64,000 nt of DNA from an uncultured bacterium (GCA_937952265.1 CALFYW010000055.1:58478-122477); one strand, 5' to 3'. Shown: positions 20,301 to 29,588, numbered from the stretch's first letter. Numbers and translations are program-made. Notes: generated by a model not told the origin, from the sequence alone.

Positions 20301-23300
20301 AGGAAATCAAACTCACGTCCACAGGAAGTGACACATCCGAATGGACAAAAACGTACTTTGATGCCGTGGGCCGTGAGTTTAAAACCGTTTTTGCGGATTC
20401 AACAACCGGAACAGAAGCCGATAATCCATACAGCCAGCGATTTTACAACAGTTTGGGGCAACTGTCTAAGACCAGAGATCCCGATGGGGTCATCACGCTT
20501 TACGTGTATGACGCTAAAGGAGAGTTGGTCCGTCAAGTGGCTGACTTGGACCAGGATGGCGTCATCGATACAAGCGGAACCGACCGAATCAGTGACCTCG
20601 TTGACGATATCGTCAGCTATTCGAGCACCGATGTGATGGTGCAGACGAACTTTGTCTTCACAACCAATACATCGAGCGTAACCAATAAGGTGTCCATTTC
20701 ACGGCGATCCACCGACGGGTTAAAGAGCTGGCAGAGCGTTTTTAAGGACCAGTCCACCGAGGTCATCACAAGCTCGCAGACCGTGTATCCCGGTAGTGGA
20801 GTGCGCACCGAGACCACGACCTACCCGGACAGTTCCAGTGTGGTTAAGTCCTATTCCTACGGTCGGTTGTCGACCGTCACGCGCAAGAACTCATCAGGCG
20901 GGCAGGTGACGAAGGCCACCTACGCCTACGACGTCCACGGTCGAGTGAGTTCAATCACAGATGAGCGCAACGGGGCGACAAAGTATTTCTACAACAAAGC
21001 CGATCAGGTGACAAACAGCGTCTCGCCCGCAATCGGAATCGGTCTCGTACAACAGACGCAGACGGCCTACGATTCCCAAGGCCGCGTTATCGCGGTGACA
21101 CAGCCTGACGGGACGATTACGGAGAACGAGTATTTCGAGAACGGCCTGATTTCAAAAACATTCGGGTCGAGAACCTATCCGGTCGAATACACCTATGATG
21201 ATCAAGGTCGACTTAAGACAATGAAAACCTGGAAGGACTATTCAGGAGCATCGGGCGCAGCGATAACGACCTGGAATTATGATCCGTATCGGGGATGGTT
21301 GACGTCCAAGGATTATCCGGACAGTTCCTCTGGGAGTGCTGGAACGTTGGGCCCGACCTACACCTACAAACCAAGTGGCCGATTGGATTCGCGGACTTGG
21401 GAGCGGTCCGGTGTGCTGACGAAAAGCTATCACTACAACTCGGCGGGGGATCTTGACTCGATCGTGGACGGCGAAACGACGGAAAGAACGTTTTCCTACG
21501 ATCGGCGAGGTCGACTGCAAACGGTAGCCTTCAACGGGATCACAACGACATTTTCATATAACGATGCGAACCAAAAGCTCAGCGAGAGCTATTCTGGTGG
21601 CAGTTTGGACGGTTTATCTGTCCACTCGGGATACGATTCTGAGCTCGACAGGATTTCATTGACATCAAAAGACGGTTCAACAACATTGGACACAACAACC
21701 TACACTTACGATACCGCTGGGCGCATCTCGTCGGTAACAAGCGACACACATCCAGCAATTTATGGATATTTAGGAGATTCGAGGTTGATCGAAACCGTAA
21801 CGTTCAAAAACGACGCGTGGAGCGACCGCCTAATCACCACGCGCACATTTGATAAACTAAATCGCTTAACGGCAATTGCATCCGAGCCAGTCGGGGGGGC
21901 TGCATCAAGTCTCCCGCTGAGCTATGCCTACGATTATAATCAGGCAAATCAGCGTGTTCGCCGCACTGACGCCAACGGGTCCTATTGGGTTTACATTTAC
22001 GACAAGCTGGGGCAAGTGATTTCGGGCAAACGCTACTGGGCGGACGGATTTCCAGTGGACGGACAGCAATTTGAATACAGCTTTGACGATATCGGAAATC
22101 GACAGGAAACCGGCGGACGCGAGTCGGCGGAATCCACATATACCTCGAATTACTTGAACCAGTACTCACAACGCACAGTATCGGACAAGGTTGACGTGCA
22201 CGGAATCGCGAATCCGACCGCAAGCGTCACGGTCAACTCCAATACGGCGGATCGAAAAGGGGAGTACTTCCACTATCCCCTCACTGTCAACAACAGCTCC
22301 ACAGCGCAATATCCAACGGTGACGGTAACATCGAACTACGGCGGCACCCAGAGCAGCTCTGGCGAAGTGTATGTTCCCCAAACACCTGAGTCATTCAGCT
22401 ACGATGATGACGGGAACCTAACCGCCGACGGGAGGTGGACCTACACATGGGATAATGAAAATCGCTTAACCGAAATGAAGCGCGACGTGGCAAGCCCGGT
22501 GGGTGCACGGCTCCGAATGACCTTCGAGTATGATTACCAGGGACGGCGAATACGGAAGCGCTTTTATACCTACAGTGGCTCATGGGTGGAACAAACCGAC
22601 ATGCTATACCTTTACGATGGTTGGAATGTGATTGCCGAGCTGAATGCGAACAGCGGCAACGCAAAGATTCGCACCTACATGTGGGGTATTGATTTAAGCG
22701 GGTCTGAACAAGGTGCGGGCGGTGTTGGCGGGCTGCTGAAGATCAAGGACTACACCAGTGGCACCAAACACTACTTTGTCGCCTACGACGGAAATGGTAA
22801 TGTCATGGGTCTTGTTGATGCGGCCGATGGAAGCGTTGACGCCGTGTATGAATACGGTCCCTTCGGGGAGCCGCTGCGAGCGACGGGTAGTGCGGCCGCG
22901 AACCCTATAAGATTTTCAAGCAAATACGCTGACTCTACCTCTGGCTTGCTTTACTACGGGTACAGATACTACAACCCGCAAACAGGGAGGTGGCTGAACC
23001 GGGATCCGATTGGGGAGGAAGGGAATTCGAACGTTTACGGATTCGTGAATAACAATTCGCTTTCTCAGGTCGATCTTCTCGGGCTTTGCAGGTGTTCAAT
23101 CATTGAGCCGTTGACCGTTCGCCTTGAAATTCCCGACCATTACAGAGCAATATCAAGAATAGAAGGAAAAGGTCCAATTTGGGACGGAGACGACGCTCAG
23201 GTAATGTTCACTATGAAGGCCGTATTCGCCAATGAGTGCTGTGAGTTCCGCCAAAAGCTGCGAAGTCATATTAGATATGACGGTGAAGTGAAGAGGAGGA

Positions 23301-23614
23301 GCGACAAAGAGTTCAAGGAAGACAAAGATATTTATTCAGGAAAGGGGTTCTCGAGGGAGAATGATCCTGGAGATTACGAAACACGTCCCGACGGGAGCGT
23401 AGTGTTTTCGTCAGATGATTGGCCCGGTGGTGCAGGCTACGCGGAAGGCAGGGAAGTTAGCGTTTGGATGAGTTTTATAGGGTATATCGTTGACATCTGT
23501 CCGCCATATTCCTACGAGTCTCCGATGCTTATGCCGAATAGCTCAAAATACTACGGTTTTATGGGCTATGGGACATCGCCGTCGATTACCGTCAAGACAT
23601 GGGGGTTCCAGTGA
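17363..23614 (+). CDS. RHS/YD-repeat polymorphic toxin (full-length rhs), signal peptide, C-terminal variable toxin domain after DLLGL
   Basis: Signal peptide MRAPHVLTAVAVSLGLWFASPMQAQ. Many YD repeats (YYYDDLNRQ, YEYDYQGRR, and others). RHS core end YGYRYYNPQTGRWLNRDPIGEEGNSNVYGFVNNNSLSQVDLLGL is a DPxGL variant, with D at 23072. A 176-aa non-repeat C-terminus follows. The ORF-track start at 17036 overlaps the upstream gene, so the start was reset to the ATG at 17363. Confidence 0.9.
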   Translation: MRAPHVLTAVAVSLGLWFASPMQAQISCTDCLVEFKTAFAKRPKVGKFAYVFNNLPKREVYKTYTYESLWEENYDGDMGTSKNWNAKWEQAETHNYDPDDFTLISGSTYECQNYSTTSTITDEVHKTTVTVAEDGSETEENVIATYNFSTDTWDSSCKKDFFHDPNDNCYNDMSFGGLTKVVGTASDDSPADTATTHTVITDYARYSGYERKTTITETLSDEYTTDELIDNLNADLDTALASAGWTGSGSSSLYLPSSEACAEADKMIYRFKLPAAEADVEYEISWQEVFRRDGGTSSATDKSEIVVGEGGLTYGIEHTGEVPSENGIVTVENISVEIHSNGGTNGGGGPPGSGSVGFGGGSSSYGGDIGCGPCAGGGIGIGNGAFASISMGQTGFGRSAGNIYFATATATPVMAKPKILFYNVERPDIDIVRVEGDIHQIKTHQVLAHVDIINDYKFEIQFYYDSDVGTKSGETYPLINFPTPFVTWRFENPDASPTIYNKLKVTEIRGVISRVWEYTYSSGSNHTWVLTKPGSIQEEELVWSADGQSPATREVTIEFRKPAGANELVIYRKYQEYSWGEGMIEESIGEGAEKQTTTYTYLSTALYGSARPVEKIVHHDGSWQWFTYTGDNLPSIVYSSYGNQAPTTTASLCRKVEYNYTSPSGSGDVATINPRSARIVDEYVLGEHVSRRFTIFRNGERLDIVCQTVSTSTTWNAGDNLVTTTTYYTSGANEDRVKSIEYPDGTAELYTYSESTNFTTNVSRGVPNTSPPTAITDGTTTTTVVNEAGFLVSRTVVDIGSSKTLSSETYDNHDEFGRPQETEYLDLTTTEANFSCCGIDNTVGKDGLVTSYYYDDLNRQIASLANGILHTNVLNSVGNVLVQIRKGTDSSEIVLNQSAYDTAGQTITVTNALGGITSIVYEIENSRQKITTTYPDSGQRVEYYYRDGRVEKVYGDATTSPVKYVYGVEDHAGVDREYRKEIKLTSTGSDTSEWTKTYFDAVGREFKTVFADSTTGTEADNPYSQRFYNSLGQLSKTRDPDGVITLYVYDAKGELVRQVADLDQDGVIDTSGTDRISDLVDDIVSYSSTDVMVQTNFVFTTNTSSVTNKVSISRRSTDGLKSWQSVFKDQSTEVITSSQTVYPGSGVRTETTTYPDSSSVVKSYSYGRLSTVTRKNSSGGQVTKATYAYDVHGRVSSITDERNGATKYFYNKADQVTNSVSPAIGIGLVQQTQTAYDSQGRVIAVTQPDGTITENEYFENGLISKTFGSRTYPVEYTYDDQGRLKTMKTWKDYSGASGAAITTWNYDPYRGWLTSKDYPDSSSGSAGTLGPTYTYKPSGRLDSRTWERSGVLTKSYHYNSAGDLDSIVDGETTERTFSYDRRGRLQTVAFNGITTTFSYNDANQKLSESYSGGSLDGLSVHSGYDSELDRISLTSKDGSTTLDTTTYTYDTAGRISSVTSDTHPAIYGYLGDSRLIETVTFKNDAWSDRLITTRTFDKLNRLTAIASEPVGGAASSLPLSYAYDYNQANQRVRRTDANGSYWVYIYDKLGQVISGKRYWADGFPVDGQQFEYSFDDIGNRQETGGRESAESTYTSNYLNQYSQRTVSDKVDVHGIANPTASVTVNSNTADRKGEYFHYPLTVNNSSTAQYPTVTVTSNYGGTQSSSGEVYVPQTPESFSYDDDGNLTADGRWTYTWDNENRLTEMKRDVASPVGARLRMTFEYDYQGRRIRKRFYTYSGSWVEQTDMLYLYDGWNVIAELNANSGNAKIRTYMWGIDLSGSEQGAGGVGGLLKIKDYTSGTKHYFVAYDGNGNVMGLVDAADGSVDAVYEYGPFGEPLRATGSAAANPIRFSSKYADSTSGLLYYGYRYYNPQTGRWLNRDPIGEEGNSNVYGFVNNNSLSQVDLLGLCRCSIIEPLTVRLEIPDHYRAISRIEGKGPIWDGDDAQVMFTMKAVFANECCEFRQKLRSHIRYDGEVKRRSDKEFKEDKDIYSGKGFSRENDPGDYETRPDGSVVFSSDDWPGGAGYAEGREVSVWMSFIGYIVDICPPYSYESPMLMPNSSKYYGFMGYGTSPSITVKTWGFQ

Positions 23615-24549
23615 GTAAACGATTCGATTCAATATTACGTGGCCTTACGATAGGACAAATTGCTGTATTGAGCACGATGTGGCAGACAGTCGGGCAGAGC
23701 GCGTTAGAGTTGCCTAATGTCCAGAAGTTCCTGGACGCTGCAAATTTAGTCGTTCTCGGTTCGAGTCAAGACGTATTCAAACCCGGCGGTCGAAGTCTTT
23801 TCTGGAGACGACTTGAGCAGCCAATTGTGCTTAAAGGAGAATTCGATCCCACTCATGTTCTCTGGTATGGCTCGACGAAAGAGCGATTCATAGATCAAGG
23901 TTTTTGGGATGCGGGAAAGGTGCATCTGGTATTCCTGAGCCACCGCGTAGATGGGGTTTTTGACACAGCGGGCGATGAGATGTGGGCGCTGGTCGATTTG
24001 GGTGATGGAAAATCGGGAATTCTAGAGATTTGTAGTTCATCAAAGGATATACTACCTCGTAAATCTGGCAGCGTAATGCCTGAGTATGGTGGTAGTGAAG
24101 CGCTAATATCTACGCTATTGACAGAGTCCGACGAGATGAAACGCGTCTTGGCCATAGTTAATTTACACCGATTGAAAGCGAAGGACCGGCGGACCAGAGA
24201 TGCCCTAGTGAGTGCGTTAAGAGACAGGAGTTTTCTTGTAAGATTGTTCGCTGTGCAATCAATGGAAATGTTTAGAGGGCAAGAGGAGCAAATCGTTCCA
24301 CTACTGATCGAAATGCTCAAAGATGAGTACGGAGAGGTGAGGGCGGAATCCGCGAGAGTCTTGATGGGTTTTGGTAATCGTGCAAGGGATGCTCTTGAAC
24401 CGTTGAAGGCTGCATTGAAGGAGGACGGATTAGCAATCATGCAGCAAGCAATTGAGAGGATCGAAACGGACGAATCCGCTGTTGAATCGGGCAAGGGGAA
24501 CAGCGAAGGGGAGGGTCGTGGGCAGGATAGTCAAGGAGCCGTGCCGTAG
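23599..24549 (+). CDS. Putative cognate immunity protein (HEAT/ARM-like repeats)
   Basis: Starts 16 bp before the rhs stop (ATGGGGGTTCCAGTGA). Repeats of the form LVRLFAVQSM...LIEMLKDEYGEVRAESARVL are HEAT-like. Lower GC than the rhs core. Confidence 0.5.
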   Translation: MGVPVSKRFDSILRGLTIGQIAVLSTMWQTVGQSALELPNVQKFLDAANLVVLGSSQDVFKPGGRSLFWRRLEQPIVLKGEFDPTHVLWYGSTKERFIDQGFWDAGKVHLVFLSHRVDGVFDTAGDEMWALVDLGDGKSGILEICSSSKDILPRKSGSVMPEYGGSEALISTLLTESDEMKRVLAIVNLHRLKAKDRRTRDALVSALRDRSFLVRLFAVQSMEMFRGQEEQIVPLLIEMLKDEYGEVRAESARVLMGFGNRARDALEPLKAALKEDGLAIMQQAIERIETDESAVESGKGNSEGEGRGQDSQGAVP

Positions 24550-24795
24550 CGCAAAGATCGCAGGGAGGCTACGGCGCCGGACTGATTTGTGAGTGCACCA
24601 AGACCGCCGGTATTCGTCTGTTTCTATAAGCGTCACCCATTAGGGCGAACGGTCAAGAGGCAAAAAGTTGTTAGCTCCGAACTTTTGTGTCCGGTAGTCG
24701 CGCGCCATGAAGCGCCAGCTTTGAAGGGGCTGGATTCGATCCTGCGTTCTTGTCACTGATTTCGAATCGTCCCGTAGGAGTGGCGCGAGAATACC

Positions 24796-25143
24796 GTGGC
24801 AACTTCAAATCAGGAGGAATACTACTTATATTGGTATGTGACAAACTGTCCAACGAGCAAGACGGATTCATTTGGGTTGCGTAGCTCATCAAGGTCATTC
24901 TGGGCGACGATTTTCGGCCTTTTGGCCGGTTTATTTGGTTGTAAGCCATCCATTCCAAGGCTTCCTCAGAATCCCGGAATGGGTGATCTTGAGAAGGCTG
25001 CGTTGCAAAGGATTTGGGCTGCTTGCAGCAAAGGAAAGAACCCTGCACCAGGAGATTGTGAGATTGTCTGCGCACCATTTCATGAGGGTGGTATAACACC
25101 GTATTTAACCTGTCTTGAACAATGCGACAATTGCTGGAAATAG
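24796..25143 (+). CDS. Minimal orphan rhs C-terminal remnant with a small Cys-rich toxin-like domain
   Basis: N-terminus EEYYLYWYVTNCPTSKTDSFGL matches the RHS core end pattern Y-x-Y-x-x-N-x-P-x(4)-D-x-x-G-L. It is followed by a hydrophobic segment (FWATIFGLLAGLFG) and a Cys-rich tail. Confidence 0.4.
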   Translation: MATSNQEEYYLYWYVTNCPTSKTDSFGLRSSSRSFWATIFGLLAGLFGCKPSIPRLPQNPGMGDLEKAALQRIWAACSKGKNPAPGDCEIVCAPFHEGGITPYLTCLEQCDNCWK

Positions 25144-25526
25144 TTTCTGTCGCCGTTGCAATCATCGCCTGTGCTTTTTGCATTTGGCAATTCTATGCCA
25201 AGAATAGCTTATATAATTACCGGAAACTCGACTTAAACGGTGATGGATTTGCCGAAACAAAATCTGAGCGTTACTTTCACAGTGACCGGTTGATACTTCG
25301 GGTTTTGAGCGATTCTCGAGAAGGATCTGCGGATATATCCGGTGCGATCTTCTATCCATCCAGCGAAATTTCGATAGTAATAGGCGCGCAGGAGGATGAG
25401 GATCACCTTGGATTTTTCCAAATCCGTAGCGGAACGAACGTTATAAGAATCCGCCGGGACTTTGATGGAACACTTCGGATTCTTGAAGAGTTCGAAGAGG
25501 CACACATTCACTTCCCGGAACACTGA
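25122..25526 (+). CDS. Putative immunity protein for the minimal orphan (membrane-anchored)
   Basis: N-terminal TM helix IVSVAVAIIACAFCIWQFY. Position directly downstream of, and overlapping, the orphan toxin ORF. Confidence 0.3.
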   Translation: MRQLLEIVSVAVAIIACAFCIWQFYAKNSLYNYRKLDLNGDGFAETKSERYFHSDRLILRVLSDSREGSADISGAIFYPSSEISIVIGAQEDEDHLGFFQIRSGTNVIRIRRDFDGTLRILEEFEEAHIHFPEH

Positions 25527-25543
25527 GCGCGATAACACGAAGG

Positions 25544-26149
25544 GTGCTTACAGTATATGATGATGTCAATCAATTGACCAGCACGTTCGGGGCGCGAAGC
25601 TCAACTCTATACGATTGGGAAACACGCTACGCCGCATATCGGTGGGATGAAGAGACCGGTCTCTATCAAGTGCGTTATCGATATTTGCATCCGACACTGG
25701 GCAGGTGGTTGAGTCGGGATCCGCTTTTCGAAGCCGATCATGTCAATATGTTTTCCTACTGTCACAATCGACCCACTACAAGCTCCGACCCAACCGGATT
25801 AAAATGCATCTTGCTCTCGAACGGAATGGTCTACGACACAAAGAAGCAGCGTGTCGTTTTTTGGAGTGGAGATGCAAAGGCGACACACGACTTTATTTGG
25901 GAATGCAACGTTCGCTCTAAGCTTCCAGTCTTGGGTGTGTGTTTTATCTTTCTCGGCTTTATTGAACCTGACGACCCAGCTTGGTGCACCTACCAGTGTC
26001 CAAGTGATTATCCGAAAACGCATTGGATTCGCTTGGAGCCTGGACAAGAAGTTTGTCCCGATGAGATCGAAATTGACGACGAGGTTTGCATCGAGGGTAT
26101 CGGAAATCCGGATCCACCCGGTCTCCCGCCTGGTCGAGTTCCCATTTGA
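25544..26149 (+). CDS. Orphan rhs C-terminal fragment (RHS core end plus alternative toxin domain)
   Basis: YRWDEETGLYQVRYRYLHPTLGRWLSRDPLFEADHVNMFSYCHNRPTTSSDPTGL aligns with the main rhs core end (GRWLNRDPIGE...DLLGL). A different C-terminal domain begins at about 25802. No N-terminal RHS body. Confidence 0.75.
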   Translation: MLTVYDDVNQLTSTFGARSSTLYDWETRYAAYRWDEETGLYQVRYRYLHPTLGRWLSRDPLFEADHVNMFSYCHNRPTTSSDPTGLKCILLSNGMVYDTKKQRVVFWSGDAKATHDFIWECNVRSKLPVLGVCFIFLGFIEPDDPAWCTYQCPSDYPKTHWIRLEPGQEVCPDEIEIDDEVCIEGIGNPDPPGLPPGRVPI

Positions 26150-26170
26150 GACCCCCATCTGAGGTGAAAT

Positions 26171-26689
26171 TTGAGCATCTCTCTTTTACCAGCCAACAGA
26201 AAGCCCGCTAGACTTTTCTTCGAACCGCAAAGTCGCTGCCTCTTGCTTCAGGCGCGATGTGAGGAGCCTAAAGGCGTTCCATTCGAGCTTTATTCGAGAA
26301 ACCTAGGAGAATCTACCTATAAACGAATAGTATTCGAGTCGCGTGATTTGTCCGTCAAAGATGTTTTAGTTATCTCGGGACAAGCAAGCGCTTTCATATC
26401 AATAACAAAGTGGGCAAATGGCGCGGGAGTATTTTGGGGCCTTTATGAGTTGAACCTCAACTCGATTACGTGCTCAAGGCGAATTTTTAAATCGGATCTG
26501 CAACTACCAAAGAGTTTTGATTCTGTTTCGGTTCCTTGCCTCTTAGAAAGCGATCGAGACGGGCAACTACTCGTGTGCGTTGCCGGGCTAAAGCGGAATA
26601 AGAAACTTATTGGATATTTTCTCGCGGAAATCGACACTGTTTCGTTTAAACTCTCGACCGTCGATTCTTTACAATCTCCGTTTGGATGA
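26171..26689 (+). CDS. Putative immunity protein of the orphan rhs-CT
   Basis: Position immediately downstream of the orphan toxin tip. No recognisable motifs. Confidence 0.35.
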   Translation: MSISLLPANRKPARLFFEPQSRCLLLQARCEEPKGVPFELYSRNLGESTYKRIVFESRDLSVKDVLVISGQASAFISITKWANGAGVFWGLYELNLNSITCSRRIFKSDLQLPKSFDSVSVPCLLESDRDGQLLVCVAGLKRNKKLIGYFLAEIDTVSFKLSTVDSLQSPFG

Positions 26690-26873
26690 AGAATTGTTGA
26701 ACGTGGTAAGAACTCAACCGTGGTTCTCGGTTTCTGACCTGTTTGGTTGATTTCTTCCGAGATCTCGGGTAGAGCTCTTCGGCTGTTTCGTAGGAGCGAG
26801 CGTCCGGTGTCCAGGAATGTTCAGATATCCGCTATTTTAGTGGCCAAAACCGGAAGAGTTGAATAGATCCTAG

Positions 26874-28694
26874 ATGGACAATAATCCGTTTCAGACCCGT
26901 GTTCCTTCTATATGCGGCAATCCGCAGCTGCGCACACCGCAGCAGGAAGCCTATGAACAACTTGCCGCTTTTGCTGGGGAAGATAACCGAAATGAACGCG
27001 AGATCGGAATCGTTCTGCCCGTTGGATGCGGAAAGTCTGGCCTCATCACGTTGGCGCCCTTTGCGTTCCGTGCGAAACGAACGCTCGTCGTAGCGCCGAG
27101 CGTCAAGATCGCTGAACAGCTTCACCACGATTTCGACCCTGCGCGCCAGGACATGTTCTACGTCAAGTGCGGGGTCTTGAATAGTCAACCGTATCCGGAA
27201 CCCGCCGAGATCCGCGGCAAGGCGACGAATCGGGCGGACCTTGTGGAAGCCGATGTTGTGGTGACGAACATTCAGCAGCTTCAGGGCGAGGAAAACCGCT
27301 GGCTTCCGAACCTTCCAGACGACTTCTTTGACCTTATTCTTTTCGACGAAGGACATCACAACGTCGCGCACAGCTGGAACACGTTAAAGGAGAAATTCCC
27401 CACCGCGCGGATCGTTAATTTCAGCGCGACGCCGCTGCGCGCGGACGGCCAGCTCATGGCCGGGCGCATACTGTATTCGTATCCGGTGTTCCGGGCGATC
27501 CAGGAGGCTTACGTCAAGCGCCTGAAGGCGGTTGTTCTGAATCCCCGGACGCTACGCTTTGTCCGACGCGAGGACGGGCAAGAGCTCGAAGTCGACCTTG
27601 ACGAGGTTCGCCGCCTGGGCGAACAGGACGCCGATTTCCGGCGAAGCATTGTGACTTCAACCGAGACGCTGAACACCATTGTCGATGCCTCGATCCGGGA
27701 ATTGGACAAGCGACGCAAGGCAGCACACGACAATCGGCTGAAAATCATTGCTTCGGCTCTTAATTATGAGCATTGCCGGCAGGTCGTCGAGGCTTACCGG
27801 GCGCGCAGCCGTCGCGCCGACTATGTGCATTCCCGCGAGGACAGTGCCGCGAACGATCGCGTGATGCAGCGACTTGAGAATGACGAGCTCGATGTCATCG
27901 TCCAGGTCCGCAAACTCGGCGAGGGGTTCGATCATCCGTATCTTGCTGTTGCCGCAGTGTTCAGCGTGTTCGCGAACCTGTCCCCTTTCGTTCAGTTTGT
28001 CGGTCGCATAATGCGGGTCATCGAGCAAAACGCGCCGGGGAATGTCCTCAACTACGGAACTGTGGTGTTCCATGCCGGGGCCAACGTGGCCAGCCGTTGG
28101 GAAGACTTCCAGCAATACAGCGAGGCCGACCGGAAATTCTTCGACCAGCTTCTGCCGCTCGAAGATCTCGATTTCGGGTCTTCCCACGAGCTGGAAGTCG
28201 AGCCTGAACCGCGTGACTTCGGCGACGGGAAAAGCGTCGATGTACGCGGACAAACGGGCGTTCGACTTGAGGAAATTCCGCTGATCGTGGAAGACGCAGA
28301 AGCCCTGGAAGCGCTGCGAGTTCTGCAGGAGAAGGGCTACACGTCCGACGAAGTGAAGCAGGCGTACGACGAGCTGGAGCCTGTACCAGTGACGCGGGTG
28401 CGGCAGCGGCAGGCGCTGCGCGATGGCCTCGATATGCGTGTTCGCACTGAAACAGCCCGCGTTCTCGCTGAACGTGGCGTCAACGCAGAGGGCCACGACC
28501 TCGACCGCCAGCGGCTCGGCAGGACGAACTTTGTAGTCATAAAGTCCGCCATTGACCGCCAGGTTAATTCGGTAGCCGGAAGGCAGACCGGCGAACGCCA
28601 CGAATTCACGCGCCAGGATCTTGATGCGATCAATGACGATTTCGCGGGAATCGTTGAGAGAGCGGTCAACGAAGTTTTCAATGGCACGAACTAG
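26874..28694 (+). CDS. SF2 DExH helicase (type III restriction Res-subunit-like N-terminal domain plus helicase C domain) with an uncharacterised C-terminal extension of about 200 aa
   Basis: Motif I VGCGKSG, motif II LILFDEGHH, motif III FSATP, helicase-C KLGEGFDHP, motif VI FVGRIMR. Confidence 0.75.
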   Translation: MDNNPFQTRVPSICGNPQLRTPQQEAYEQLAAFAGEDNRNEREIGIVLPVGCGKSGLITLAPFAFRAKRTLVVAPSVKIAEQLHHDFDPARQDMFYVKCGVLNSQPYPEPAEIRGKATNRADLVEADVVVTNIQQLQGEENRWLPNLPDDFFDLILFDEGHHNVAHSWNTLKEKFPTARIVNFSATPLRADGQLMAGRILYSYPVFRAIQEAYVKRLKAVVLNPRTLRFVRREDGQELEVDLDEVRRLGEQDADFRRSIVTSTETLNTIVDASIRELDKRRKAAHDNRLKIIASALNYEHCRQVVEAYRARSRRADYVHSREDSAANDRVMQRLENDELDVIVQVRKLGEGFDHPYLAVAAVFSVFANLSPFVQFVGRIMRVIEQNAPGNVLNYGTVVFHAGANVASRWEDFQQYSEADRKFFDQLLPLEDLDFGSSHELEVEPEPRDFGDGKSVDVRGQTGVRLEEIPLIVEDAEALEALRVLQEKGYTSDEVKQAYDELEPVPVTRVRQRQALRDGLDMRVRTETARVLAERGVNAEGHDLDRQRLGRTNFVVIKSAIDRQVNSVAGRQTGERHEFTRQDLDAINDDFAGIVERAVNEVFNGTN

Positions 28695-28902
28695 ATCACT
28701 TATTGAACAGGCACGGGTCGATGAGGCCATACGAGCGCACAACTGTCAGGCCAACGCCCGGCACCGGATTCAGAAGGGCGAAAAGCGTCTGAAGGTCCGT
28801 AACGGTCGGAGCTGGGACCATTATTGCTTGGAATGCGCCCGAACGATCGTCGGGCGTGACATCGACAAGCTGGAAGAACTATCCGGAGACTTGGCGCCCT
28901 GA
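28681..28902 (+). CDS. Small DksA/TraR-like zinc-finger protein (degenerate first Cys pair)
   Basis: Start ATG at 28681 overlaps the helicase stop. LIEQARVDEAIRAHNCQ...YCLEC resembles the TraR/DksA C4 finger but carries only one canonical CxxC. Confidence 0.3.
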   Translation: MARTRSLIEQARVDEAIRAHNCQANARHRIQKGEKRLKVRNGRSWDHYCLECARTIVGRDIDKLEELSGDLAP

Positions 28903-29021
28903 AAACACGGTCTGCTAGAGCGGCCTAGGTGCCAAGATAATCTTTGGAATGTTGCTACGAGCTTTAGCACTGATCTATTTTCCAAGCCCGACCTGAACCT
29001 CATCTTCGATTTGTAAATAGC

Positions 29022-29588
29022 ATGGGGAAGTGCTCTTACTGTGGAAAACAAGAATCGGATAGTTCAATCACGTGGTGTAGCGAATGTGGATCTGAGGTCT
29101 TCGTTGCGGATTATGACTGGAATCCGGATAACAACAGCTCTGCAGAGAAGCGGAACGGTAGGGTTTTTGCGTTAGCGACTTGTGCAGTGGTAATGCTTGT
29201 CGCGTTTTTGCTGGTGTCAGGATTGGTTCTCTATATGGTCCGCGACACGCTATCCATTCCTATTTGGCTCGCTGATCCCGTCGTCAAGACTGCAGTACGC
29301 CGGGTCGCAACGGATAAGAAGGAAATTGTTACTCTAGTGAATTACGACGCATTCGACTATGAATTTATAAATATCCTAACGAGCACAAGAGTGCTTAGTT
29401 TAGAAGATTCGACGTCGGAGATCCTGCTTCACGATATTCCTCTCACTTCAATTTCCGATGCGTATTTGGATATAAAGGATAATCGGTACTTGATCATCGA
29501 GACTGAAGGTGGTACGAACCACGCGATCTTTTTCGTAGGATCGCCCGATGGCTTCCTGCGCGCATTGCGGAGCGCGATTGAGGAATGA
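29022..29588 (+). CDS. Zinc-ribbon membrane protein of unknown function
   Basis: N-terminal CSYCGK...CSECGS zinc ribbon, one TM helix (FALATCAVVMLVAFLLVSGLVLYMV), and a C-terminal domain of unknown function. Confidence 0.4.
   Translation: MGKCSYCGKQESDSSITWCSECGSEVFVADYDWNPDNNSSAEKRNGRVFALATCAVVMLVAFLLVSGLVLYMVRDTLSIPIWLADPVVKTAVRRVATDKKEIVTLVNYDAFDYEFINILTSTRVLSLEDSTSEILLHDIPLTSISDAYLDIKDNRYLIIETEGGTNHAIFFVGSPDGFLRALRSAIEE

Noticed and set aside
17084-22664. Numerous short ORFs (both strands) inside the rhs gene and the 14266..17319 gene
   Set aside because: They are embedded in long, motif-supported coding regions. Their compositions are those of off-frame translations.
24690-24780. tRNA-like T-arm motif (GGATTCGATCC) in the immunity-to-orphan spacer
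   Set aside because: No acceptor, D-arm or anticodon stems can be built around it. Judged a chance match.
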